Assembly (NCBI GenBank): GCA_041492755.1
Contig: JBGPXN010000102.1
Span: 1-15,576 of the forward strand
Origin: Candidatus Methylomirabilia bacterium
GTDB lineage: Bacteria; Methylomirabilota; Methylomirabilia; Rokubacteriales; CSP1-6
Reading direction: 5' to 3'
Length of the DNA stretch: 15,576 bases
Shown here: piece after piece, positions 1-7,407 of the stretch
Position numbering within the stretch: position 1 is the first letter of the stretch
Layout: each line of letters starts with the position of its first letter
Program-made: the position numbers and the translations under genes
The notes under the pieces: model-generated
The model's database searches: none
Told to the model about the DNA's origin: nothing
What the model saw: the letters and a program-made list of their open reading frames with translations, nothing else

Positions 1-1
1 A

Positions 2-601
2 TGCCCCCTGGCTCTTTTCCAGCATGGTGTCCGCCAGTCGGCTGAGGAATTCGAGAGTCTCTTCCGATGGCATCCTCCCGGTCGCTACCTCTTCGCCTGC
101 TCGCACAAACCGTGGTGAGGCAACCATCGGCGACAGCCGCGGGTTCGTTATGACCCACGCGGCTGTGGTCGGCGTCAGGCACTTCGTGACGATGCCAGCC
201 GATGTGTAACGCACCCCTCTTCGATCACTTGGCTTACGAGCAAGAGTGGCTGGGTGTGATGCAGACCCCAGTGGCTCCGAAGCGTCTCCGCGACCTCTAG
301 TTTCGCGACAGAAACTAGCTAGCAGTGCGTGATCTACAGGATGGTCTCGTGACTCCGTTGGCGGGAGCTGCTGCTTTCGAGTCGAGAACGGCAACCGCCC
401 TAGCACTCGGCGGAGGACGGTGGCGTTTGTCTGCCTAGAAAAGATCTGGGCGTCAACGCGTTGTCTGATGAAGAGCATGGCCCTGAAGAAGTTCAGGTGC
501 TGCTCGCCCTCAAGCGAGCGCGCAATCTGGATTAGTTTCCGATTCACAAAATCAGCGGCGGATTCGGTCTGGTCGATTGCGTCTTCATCCCCATCAGCCA
601 T
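2..601 (-). CDS. Hypothetical protein, second integron cassette; 3'-partial (>=200 aa, MADGDEDAIDQTESAADFVNRKLIQIARSLEGEQHLNFFRAMLFIRQRVDAQ...)
   Basis: Hand translation gives ATG at 601, GGAGG 5 nt upstream and no stop codon before the window edge, which explains its absence from the ORF track. It starts 44 nt after the attC R' box. Confidence 0.6.
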   Translation of the reverse strand, partial: MADGDEDAIDQTESAADFVNRKLIQIARSLEGEQHLNFFRAMLFIRQRVDAQIFSRQTNATVLRRVLGRLPFSTRKQQLPPTESRDHPVDHALLASFCRETRGRGDASEPLGSASHPATLARKPSDRRGVRYTSAGIVTKCLTPTTAAWVITNPRLSPMVASPRFVRAGEEVATGRMPSEETLEFLSRLADTMLEKSQGA

Positions 602-645
602 AGCTGCCTCCGCCGGCGGGCCAGCCTTCTGCTATCCACAGAGCC

Positions 646-717
646 GCATAACGCCCGCGGTGAGCAGCCGCGGCGAGCGAATGCGACCCAGCGGAGTGCT
701 CGACTGCGTTGTTATGC
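646..717 (-). other. attC site (72 bp)
   Basis: The minus strand reads GCATAAC-AACGC-AGTCGAGC...GCTCACC-GCGGGC-GTTATGC. This gives R'' / 5-bp spacer / 8-bp L'' with an extra C ... 7-bp L' / 6-bp spacer / R'. R'' and R' are perfectly complementary (CCGCATAAC/GTTATGCGG), and the TAA stop of the upstream gene lies inside R''. Confidence 0.92.
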
Positions 718-1578
718 GGTCGCGACGGATACACGGTTCTTGCCCTGCTCCTTCGCTGTCCGTTCTTCTCGATTCGCTCGCTCGATGACCATCGCAAGAG
801 TGTCCCCATGGAAAGGCCATCCCGCCACGCCGACGGACACCGTGATCTGCACCGCTTGGTCCTGCACGCGGAAGGCAGTCGCTTCGATCTGCGCGCGGAC
901 CTTACGAGCGAAGGCGGCAACCTCGTCAAGCGGACAGTTCGGGAGGAGGATGAGTAGTTCCTCGCCGCCGTACCGGTAGGCCGCTGCGCGTTGCAGGCAG
1001 AGGCCCGCCACCAGCCGCTGGAGATCAGGCAAGATTGTTTTGTCGACAACAGACTCCGTGAAAGCCGTGTTCAACTGCTTGAAGCCATCGATGTCTAGGA
1101 AGATTACCCCTACGGAGTAGCCGGGGACCTCGGCCGCCTCTGACACCCAGAGGTCGAAGTCGCGTTGCATCTGCGTCGGGCTGTAAAGGATCCGGAACTT
1201 CTGCTCCAGCTCTCGATCCGTTCTGGCGGGGGTTAGCTGTCGCGCTTCAAGCTCTCGGATGCGCTCCCAGGCTGGCGCCTTGTCGGCGTCCGTAAACGCG
1301 CGAGCATGAAATCGATGGGCCGCCTTGTTGATCTGAGAGTCACTGCAAGGCCGGAGAGGTCCCTTTGAACCAGATTGCTGTGGCGCGAGGCGGCCGTGCC
1401 ACAACCGGGCGGCGTACTCGAGCTCGGGACCAGACTCACCCGAAATACTGGCAATGACCTGCCGCATGTCGAGCTCCCGCGCGCACTTGTTGCCTCCCTT
1501 CGGGGCAGCCAGTTCCGGCGCCTTGTGCTTGTCGACGTAGCTCCGTAGGATCCGCAGCTCGATTTCGTCTTCAGTCAT
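712..1578 (-). CDS. Divergent GGDEF-domain protein (diguanylate cyclase-like) with an uncharacterised ~125-aa N-terminal domain; first cassette
   Basis: Motifs IFLDIDGFKQLN, RYGGEEL, ITVSVGVA and AKEQGKNRV. ATG 1578 is preferred to GTG 1608 because the likely cassette boundary lies at ~1591. Confidence 0.88.
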   Translation of the reverse strand: MTEDEIELRILRSYVDKHKAPELAAPKGGNKCARELDMRQVIASISGESGPELEYAARLWHGRLAPQQSGSKGPLRPCSDSQINKAAHRFHARAFTDADKAPAWERIRELEARQLTPARTDRELEQKFRILYSPTQMQRDFDLWVSEAAEVPGYSVGVIFLDIDGFKQLNTAFTESVVDKTILPDLQRLVAGLCLQRAAAYRYGGEELLILLPNCPLDEVAAFARKVRAQIEATAFRVQDQAVQITVSVGVAGWPFHGDTLAMVIERANREERTAKEQGKNRVSVATA

Positions 1579-1584
1579 CGCTTG

Positions 1585-1652
1585 CCGCATAGACAGTATG
1601 ACTTCCACGAGGTGATGAGGCTGACCCCCGGCGCTCTGCGCGGGTTAGCCTC
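1585..1652 (-). other. Candidate attI/first-cassette junction with adjacent hairpin
   Basis: GTC-TATGCGG at 1594-1585 mirrors the cassette's own R'' (CCGCATA). A 10/11-bp inverted repeat lies at 1617-1627 / 1642-1652. Confidence 0.35.
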
Positions 1653-1798
1653 GAGAGGCCAGAGCCGCCCTGTGCTCTTGGCACACCACGAGCGGTTGCG
1701 AGTCGGGCGCCTTCCCCTTCCGCACCGTGCTACACGGCGCCAGCGCGCGGGGTAGCGCGGCGGGGAGGCCGAGCGGTCGAAGGCCCAGGGGTGCCAGT

Positions 1799-1959
1799 CT
1801 ACGGGCCGAGCATCTGGTCGGCAGGCTGCGCACGGCGGCCGGGCCACGGTTGAGGACGTGCGTGTAGATCGGCGCGACGTCGCGGTGCCCGAGGAGTTCT
1901 TGAACCGCGCGGATGTCGTAGCCGCCTTCGAGGAGATGGGCCGCGAAGGAGTGGCCGTG
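1799..1959 (-). pseudogene. intI: Integron integrase C-terminal remnant
   Basis: Translates as [45 protein letters not shown], matching the IntI box II/C-terminus (HTxRHSFATHLLExGYDIRTVQELLGHxDVxTTMIYTHVLN). The HxxR motif is broken and about 2 codons are lost before IYTH. Restoring one base at ~1824 gives ...[13 protein letters not shown](1801-1799). The N-terminal part is absent. Confidence 0.88.
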
Positions 1960-1960
1960 A

Positions 1961-4840
1961 CTACGGTTGACGCGTGCCCGCATCGACCGTCGCCATCGGT
2001 ATGGCATCGGTGCCCTCCAGCTCGAGCCTGGTGAGAGCGCCGACGGTGTGGGCCAGGCGCTCGGCCTCGTCGAGCCGGTACGGTGGCTTGGCGAGGAACG
2101 GCCGCAGCAGCGCGCCGGGTTCGACCACCGATTCGCTCTCGCGCGTCGGCCAGAAGTCGTTCACGGCCCAGAGCCGTATCGTCCCGTCCGCGCCGCCCGA
2201 GGCGAGGTGCTGACCGTCGGGGCTGAACGCCACCGTCAGCGTGAAGTCTCGGTGTCCGGTGAGCCAGCCGATCAGTCGACGCTGCTGAACGTCCCACAGC
2301 CGGAGCGTCTGTCGGTCCTGGCTGTGCGATCCGGAGGCGAGCAGCCGTCCGTCGGGACTGAAGGCAAGCGCCCAGATCATCAACGAATGATGGCCGCGGA
2401 GCGGATCGCCCGAGGGCTGGCGGCGGGCCACGTCCCACAACCTGATCCACCCTTCGCCGCCACCGGAGGCGAGCAGCGTGCCGTCGGGGCTGAAGGCGAC
2501 CGGCCGCGCGAGGTCGGGATGACCGGGCCGGAGCGTGACCCCGGCGCCGGTCGTCGTGTCCCACAGCTTCACGGTGGTGTCGTTGCTGGCCGACGCCACC
2601 CAGCGGCCATCGGGACTGACGGCGACGCCGCCGACGGGAGCCCGTGTTCCTTTCACGTCGGCCGACTCCTTCAGCGTCGCCAGGAGCGCGAGATCGGGAA
2701 TTTTCCACAGCTTGACGAGCCCATCCCAGCCCGCGGACGCCAGATAGCGGCCGTCGGGCGCGAAGGCGTGCGCGAAGATCCAGTCGTCGTGGGCGCGCTC
2801 CTTGACGGCGGCCGGCTTCCCCGTCGCGGCGTCCCACAGGATGATGCGGTAGTCGCGTCCGCTGGACGCGAGCCACCGGCCATCGGGACTGAAGGCGACG
2901 GCGCGAATCGAATCGGTGTGCGCGCGCTCGAGGCTGCGCAGCGGCCGGCGGGTGGCCAGGTCCCAGACCTTGATCGACAGGTCGTCGCCCGCGGAGGCCA
3001 GCCGCGCGCCGTCGGGGCTGAACGCGACCGAGCGCACCGCCCCGGCATGGCCCGCAAACGTCGCGCGGTACTTGCGCGGCGCGACGCGCCAGACGGTGAT
3101 CGTGCCGTCGATGCTCGCGGAGCCGACGGCATTTCCCTCCGGCGCGAACGCCACCGCGGTGACCGGTTTCCCGCGACCGGCCAGCGTCGCGATCTGGACG
3201 CGCGAGCTGACCTCCCAGAGCTTCACGGTGCCGTCCTGGCTTCCCGACGCGAGCAGGGTGCCGTCGCCGGCGAAGGCGATCGAGTCCACCGACTTGCGAT
3301 GACCCGAGAGCGCGGCGATCTCGCGTTCGGCGACGAGGTCCCAGAGCTTGATGGTAGTGTCCCACGTGCCGGCCGCGAGCAGCCCGCCGTCCGGACTGAA
3401 CGCCACCGATCGCACCGGCTCGGCGTAGCGCGCGAGGGTCACGCCGCGCACCGGCCCGTTCACGTTCCAGACGCGAAGGGTTCGATCCTGACTTCCCGAC
3501 GCCAGCCGTTGTCCATCCGCGCTGAAGGCCAGGCAGTGCACGCGGTCCTCATGGGCGAAGCCGTTCACCACCGCCCCGGTCGCCACCCGCGTGATCTCGA
3601 TGCGCCCATCGTCGCCGGCCGCGGCCAGCAACTGGCCGTCGCGCGAGAACGCCACCGCGGTGAGCCGCCCGCCGTGCGTCCGGGCCGGCATCGCTTCCGC
3701 CCCCGTCGCCGCGTTCCAGAACTGGATGGTGCCGTCCGCGGTGCCGATCACGAGCAGGCGGCTGCCCGGATCGAAGGCGGCCGCCGTGACCGCGCCATGG
3801 TTCTTGGGCAGACGCAGACGTATGCGGCGAGCGCCGACGTCCCACAGCAGGCTGGTCTCGGCATTCGATCCCGCGAAGAGCCAGCCGCCATCCGGGCTGA
3901 ACGCGACGGCCCCGGTCAGGCGGTCGTCGGTGTCGGCGGATTTCGGCAGCGCCGCCACCGAGAGCGAGGACAGCAGATCGGCGTCGAGCGGGGCATCGCC
4001 GGCGAGCAGGCTGTGCTTGATGGACTGCGCGCCGTAGAACGCCGCGGTGGCGGTGTCGTCGCGCGCGGCGGCGTCCTTCGTCTTCGTGATCAGCAGTTGG
4101 GCCACGCGGAGATTCCGCGCGCGCTCGCTCGCGGCGGTCTTCTGGTGCTCGCGGTACCACACCCCGCCGATGGTGGCGAGGACCAGGAGCGCGGCCGTCG
4201 CGACCTGGAGGCGCCGCCAGAATCGCCGGCGCCGCTCGCGCTGGCGCAGGTCGTCGAGATCGACGTCGAGCATGCCGGCGAGCAGCTTGAGCCGCGCGTT
4301 CGCGGGCCCGTCCTTGCCGGCCCGAACGTCGGCGGCGATGGGCTCGGTGCGCTCCTCGGTCGGCTCACCGGTGGCGTCGACGCGGAAGCGCACCGCCCGG
4401 GGGAAGCACTCGAGCAATCCACGGTCCGGCGTGTCGGAGGCGTTGGGCTCGCCATCGACGATGAGACACAGCACGCGATCCTCGCGCCCCCGCGCCTTGA
4501 AGCTGGCGACTTCCTCGTTCACCCAGCGCGAGACCGCGGAGCTCGGCGAGCAGATCACGACGAGATAGCGGGAGTCCCGGAGCGCCGCCTGGATCTTGTC
4601 GCTGAGGCTGAAGGTCGACGGCAGCTCTTCGCGGTCGCGGAAGATCGGGAACAGGCGCCGGGGCCGCGGGCCCAGGCGACCGGGTCGTCCCACCAGTCGC
4701 CGCGGCACGCGGTACGTCTCGAGCGCGCGGTGCAGCCACTTGCCCCACTTCTCATCCGCGTGGCTGTAGCTGATGAACGCCCAGTAGCGAGACTCGGACG
4801 CGGCGTCCGGCGCGGCGGGCGCGTCCGGCGGCTCGATCAT
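1961..4840 (-). CDS. TIR-domain / single TM helix / 14x WD40 protein (959 aa)
   Basis: TIR motifs [17 protein letters not shown] and [14 protein letters not shown]. An Arg-rich stretch precedes the hydrophobic helix [17 protein letters not shown] (4154-4204). I counted 14 repeats of the type H...V..VAFSPDG..LAS.S.D.TI.LWD. The track's extension to 6160 is antisense of the neighbouring gene. Confidence 0.92.
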   Translation of the reverse strand: MIEPPDAPAAPDAASESRYWAFISYSHADEKWGKWLHRALETYRVPRRLVGRPGRLGPRPRRLFPIFRDREELPSTFSLSDKIQAALRDSRYLVVICSPSSAVSRWVNEEVASFKARGREDRVLCLIVDGEPNASDTPDRGLLECFPRAVRFRVDATGEPTEERTEPIAADVRAGKDGPANARLKLLAGMLDVDLDDLRQRERRRRFWRRLQVATAALLVLATIGGVWYREHQKTAASERARNLRVAQLLITKTKDAAARDDTATAAFYGAQSIKHSLLAGDAPLDADLLSSLSVAALPKSADTDDRLTGAVAFSPDGGWLFAGSNAETSLLWDVGARRIRLRLPKNHGAVTAAAFDPGSRLLVIGTADGTIQFWNAATGAEAMPARTHGGRLTAVAFSRDGQLLAAAGDDGRIEITRVATGAVVNGFAHEDRVHCLAFSADGQRLASGSQDRTLRVWNVNGPVRGVTLARYAEPVRSVAFSPDGGLLAAGTWDTTIKLWDLVAEREIAALSGHRKSVDSIAFAGDGTLLASGSQDGTVKLWEVSSRVQIATLAGRGKPVTAVAFAPEGNAVGSASIDGTITVWRVAPRKYRATFAGHAGAVRSVAFSPDGARLASAGDDLSIKVWDLATRRPLRSLERAHTDSIRAVAFSPDGRWLASSGRDYRIILWDAATGKPAAVKERAHDDWIFAHAFAPDGRYLASAGWDGLVKLWKIPDLALLATLKESADVKGTRAPVGGVAVSPDGRWVASASNDTTVKLWDTTTGAGVTLRPGHPDLARPVAFSPDGTLLASGGGEGWIRLWDVARRQPSGDPLRGHHSLMIWALAFSPDGRLLASGSHSQDRQTLRLWDVQQRRLIGWLTGHRDFTLTVAFSPDGQHLASGGADGTIRLWAVNDFWPTRESESVVEPGALLRPFLAKPPYRLDEAERLAHTVGALTRLELEGTDAIPMATVDAGTRQP

Positions 4841-4924
4841 CCTTGGTCCGGGGCCCCGCGATGCCTCAGAATGCTCACGGCGTTGATCGGCTTGATGAAC
4901 CCCGCCCACCGCACCGACCGCATT

Positions 4925-6259
4925 ATGGGTGAAAGCGATCGCGGAATCCAATCGATCGACACGTTCCGCGGCTTCACCATCTTCGCCATGATCTTCGTGA
5001 TCATGGTGGCGGGCTACCAGCACCTGCCGCTGACGTTCCCGCACTTCGGCAGCGCCCCGGTGTCGACGTTCAAGCACGCGGGCAACGACGGCGACGCCGG
5101 CGAGTGGGCGTTCTGGGAGGGCCGGACGCCGTCGCGCACGTATCGGCCGGCAAAGGTCGTGGCCGAATCGCCGGGGCCCGGCGCGAAAGGCGGCCGGCTC
5201 TACGACGTCGCCGTCGTGAACGAGCGGGGGGAGTCGGAGATCGTCGTCCACGGCGCCGAGATCCGGACGGCCCGGCCGTTGCGGCCCAACGAGAAGATCA
5301 TCGCCGTGCTCACGCCGCCGGCGGCGGGCCCGACCTCGGTCGTGGGGGCCCCGTATCGGTTCGAGCAGATCGGGATCGGCTGCACGTTCACCGACCTCGT
5401 CGCGCCCTTCTTCGTGTTCATCGTCGGCCTGTGCATTCCGTTGAGCCGGCAGCGACGGCAGGCGGGCTGGTGGAAACACGTGGCGTTGCGCACGACGGGA
5501 TTGATCCTCGCCGGCATGCTCTACATCTCGCTCATCCTCAAGCTGTCCTACTGGTGGGGCGTGCTCCAGGCCATCGGCGTGGCGTACCTGATGGCCGCGG
5601 TCTTCATGTTGCTGCCGGCCTGGCCGCGGTGGATCGCCGTCGGCGCCGTCGCCGCGTTGCACTCGTGGGCGACGTGGCACCTCTCCTGGTGGGTGACGCT
5701 GGGTGATCCGGCGAAGCCGTTCTGGACGATCGTCACGCCGGACGGGGACATGCTGCGTCCGTTGACGGTGCATTGCACGCCGTGGGCCTCGATCGCCTAC
5801 GGCATCTGCGCGGTCGTCGGCACGCAGCTCGGCGAGGCCGTGGTGACGCGCGAGAAGACCGCGATCGTCCGGCGCGCGCTGGCCATCGGCCTGCCGTTGA
5901 CCGCGGCCGGGTATCTCCTCCATCACTACCACCTGCCGATGAGCAAGGACGACGTCTCGTCCTCGTATGCGATCTTCACCTCCGGCGTCGCGGCGCTCGT
6001 CTTCCTCGTCGTCTTCCTCGTCGTCGACGTCTTCGGCCGTCGGCGGTGGGCGGGCGTGTTCGACGTGTTCGGCCGGAACGCGCTCCTCGCGTACTTCATG
6101 CAGCCCGTGGTCCGGATCGTGCTCCAGGCGTTGGGTCTCTACCAGGGCTTCCTCGGCCACGCCGCGTGGACGGGAATGCTGGTCGGCCTCGGATGGACCA
6201 TGCTGCTCTGGTGCGCGGTGCTCTGGTGCAACCGGAAGGGGCTGTATTGGAAGCTATAG
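4925..6259 (+). CDS. Heparan-alpha-glucosaminide N-acetyltransferase (HGSNAT/NagX/DUF5009)-like multi-pass membrane acetyltransferase
   Basis: Motifs SIDTFRGFTIFAMIFV, FKHA, GCTFTDLVAPFFVFIVG, GVLQAIG, P.SK...SSSY and FGRNALLAY, plus many TM helices. The start could instead be ATG 4871 or 4895. Confidence 0.85.
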   Translation: MGESDRGIQSIDTFRGFTIFAMIFVIMVAGYQHLPLTFPHFGSAPVSTFKHAGNDGDAGEWAFWEGRTPSRTYRPAKVVAESPGPGAKGGRLYDVAVVNERGESEIVVHGAEIRTARPLRPNEKIIAVLTPPAAGPTSVVGAPYRFEQIGIGCTFTDLVAPFFVFIVGLCIPLSRQRRQAGWWKHVALRTTGLILAGMLYISLILKLSYWWGVLQAIGVAYLMAAVFMLLPAWPRWIAVGAVAALHSWATWHLSWWVTLGDPAKPFWTIVTPDGDMLRPLTVHCTPWASIAYGICAVVGTQLGEAVVTREKTAIVRRALAIGLPLTAAGYLLHHYHLPMSKDDVSSSYAIFTSGVAALVFLVVFLVVDVFGRRRWAGVFDVFGRNALLAYFMQPVVRIVLQALGLYQGFLGHAAWTGMLVGLGWTMLLWCAVLWCNRKGLYWKL

Positions 6260-7407
6260 CCCCCCCCATATCGCGGGTGATCGTCGCGCTCGTCCTCTGC
6301 GTCGCCGTCGCGGCCGGCGCGCCGGCGGGCGCCGTCGGGCCGGAGCGGGTCGCCGCCGGCGATCGCACGCACTGGCCCGAGCCGCTGACCTCCGCCGCCG
6401 CCTTCGACCGCGCGTCCCGCGCCGAGATCCTGAGCTTCACCGCCGCGCTGGCGGAGACGGAAGGGCTCGACGACTCCGCGCTGATGACCGGGCTCGGGGG
6501 CCGGAAGGTCCATGGGCAATCGCTTCGCCGGTGGCGTGAGGAGACCGGGCGGCGCCTGCTGGAGAATTTCCGGCGCGCCGCGGCTGGGTGCGCCACCGGT
6601 GAACCGTTCTGTGGTTCCGTCCCCGCGCCGGCCGCGCTTCGCGCGCTCGCCGCCGGCCTCGACGACTCGCTCGCGGAGGCGTACCGAGCGTGGCGTGACG
6701 ATGCGCGCGCGTTCCACCGAATCTACGCGACGGAACAGCTCCGGCTCGCCGCACTCTTTCCGGCACCGACGAGCGAGATCCTCACCGTGTCAGCGGCCGA
6801 GCGAACCGGCTTCGAGCTGGCCGACCGTCAGTTCCTGCTCACCTTCGACGACGGGCCGACCGCCCCGGGGGGCGCCACTGAGGCCACGCTGGCGATGCTC
6901 CGCCGCGCCGGGGTCAACGGCGTCTTCTTCGTCCTCGGCGAGCACGTGCAGGCGCGTGTATTCACGGAGTCGCCCGCCGAGGCGCCGAACGTCTACGCCG
7001 GGATGTGCGTGGGGTCCCACGGTTGGAGTCACGACTCCCACCAGCGGCTGGCCGACTGGCAACGCTCGGTGGACGACACCACCGGGCTGTTGCGAAAGAC
7101 CTTCGGCTCCGTTCACCGTCCCCTCTTCCGCCCGCCCTACGGCCAGCGCACGCTCGAGAGCGCCGACGCGCTCGCGGCGCGCGGGCTGACGCTGGTGCTC
7201 TGGAACATCGACTCGCAGGACTGGAACCCGAAGATCTCGGCCGGCGACGTCGGCAACCGGGTGCTGAGCCTCATGCTCCTGTGGCGCCGTGGCATCGTGC
7301 TGTTTCACGACGTGCACGACAAGGCGCAGACCGCGGTGCCGTATCTCGTCGAGCGCACGCGAAACGCCGGCGTCGGCTGGGTCGACTGCCGGCGGTATCC
7401 CGCATAG
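6247..7407 (+). CDS. Secreted polysaccharide deacetylase (CE4/NodB) with helical N-terminal extension
   Basis: CE4 motifs TFDDGP, HGWSH, RPPYG, DSQDW and LFHD are intact, and there is a signal-peptide-like N-terminus. Start is TTG 6247 (GGAAGGGG upstream, overlapping the previous stop) or GTG 6277. Confidence 0.9.
   Translation: MEAIAPPISRVIVALVLCVAVAAGAPAGAVGPERVAAGDRTHWPEPLTSAAAFDRASRAEILSFTAALAETEGLDDSALMTGLGGRKVHGQSLRRWREETGRRLLENFRRAAAGCATGEPFCGSVPAPAALRALAAGLDDSLAEAYRAWRDDARAFHRIYATEQLRLAALFPAPTSEILTVSAAERTGFELADRQFLLTFDDGPTAPGGATEATLAMLRRAGVNGVFFVLGEHVQARVFTESPAEAPNVYAGMCVGSHGWSHDSHQRLADWQRSVDDTTGLLRKTFGSVHRPLFRPPYGQRTLESADALAARGLTLVLWNIDSQDWNPKISAGDVGNRVLSLMLLWRRGIVLFHDVHDKAQTAVPYLVERTRNAGVGWVDCRRYPA

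Larger units (their letters stand above)
1..1959 (-). mobile_element. Degraded integron (intI remnant plus cassette array, CALIN-like); array continues beyond the left edge
   Basis: IntI-type C-terminal remnant at 1799-1959, canonical attC at 646-717, and two co-oriented ORFs with very short 5' leaders. GC is lower than in the flank (hand count 34/60 at 481-540 vs 48/60 at 3001-3060). Confidence 0.85.

Noticed and set aside
140..365. Additional attC inside the second cassette (GTGTAAC 204-210, GTTGGCG 357-363, GTTATGA 147-153)
   Set aside because: The boxes are not complementary, no L boxes are present, and the reading frame runs through uninterrupted.
1645..2007. 120-aa ORF as a functional small recombinase
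   Set aside because: Only ~45 residues are IntI-like. The catalytic Arg residues are absent and the tail comes from a frameshift, so it is treated as a pseudogene.
2160..3920. DNA-level repeats (e.g. CCGTCGGGGCTGAA) as a hypervariable or DGR-like array
   Set aside because: They simply encode the FSPDG motif of WD40 blades. The repeats are otherwise divergent and no reverse transcriptase is present.
5081..5377. Intein as the explanation for the HGSNAT insertion
   Set aside because: There is no N-terminal Cys/Ser block and no C-terminal His-Asn before the Cys (the sequence is IGIG-C), and it is shorter than typical mini-inteins.
1961..6259. Two giant mirror ORFs (1399 aa on -, 1430 aa on +) suggesting 4.2 kb of double-strand coding
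   Set aside because: Each is one real gene plus the stop-free antisense frame of its divergent neighbour, which is common at high GC3. The extensions have no motifs and are Arg/Gly/Ala-rich.
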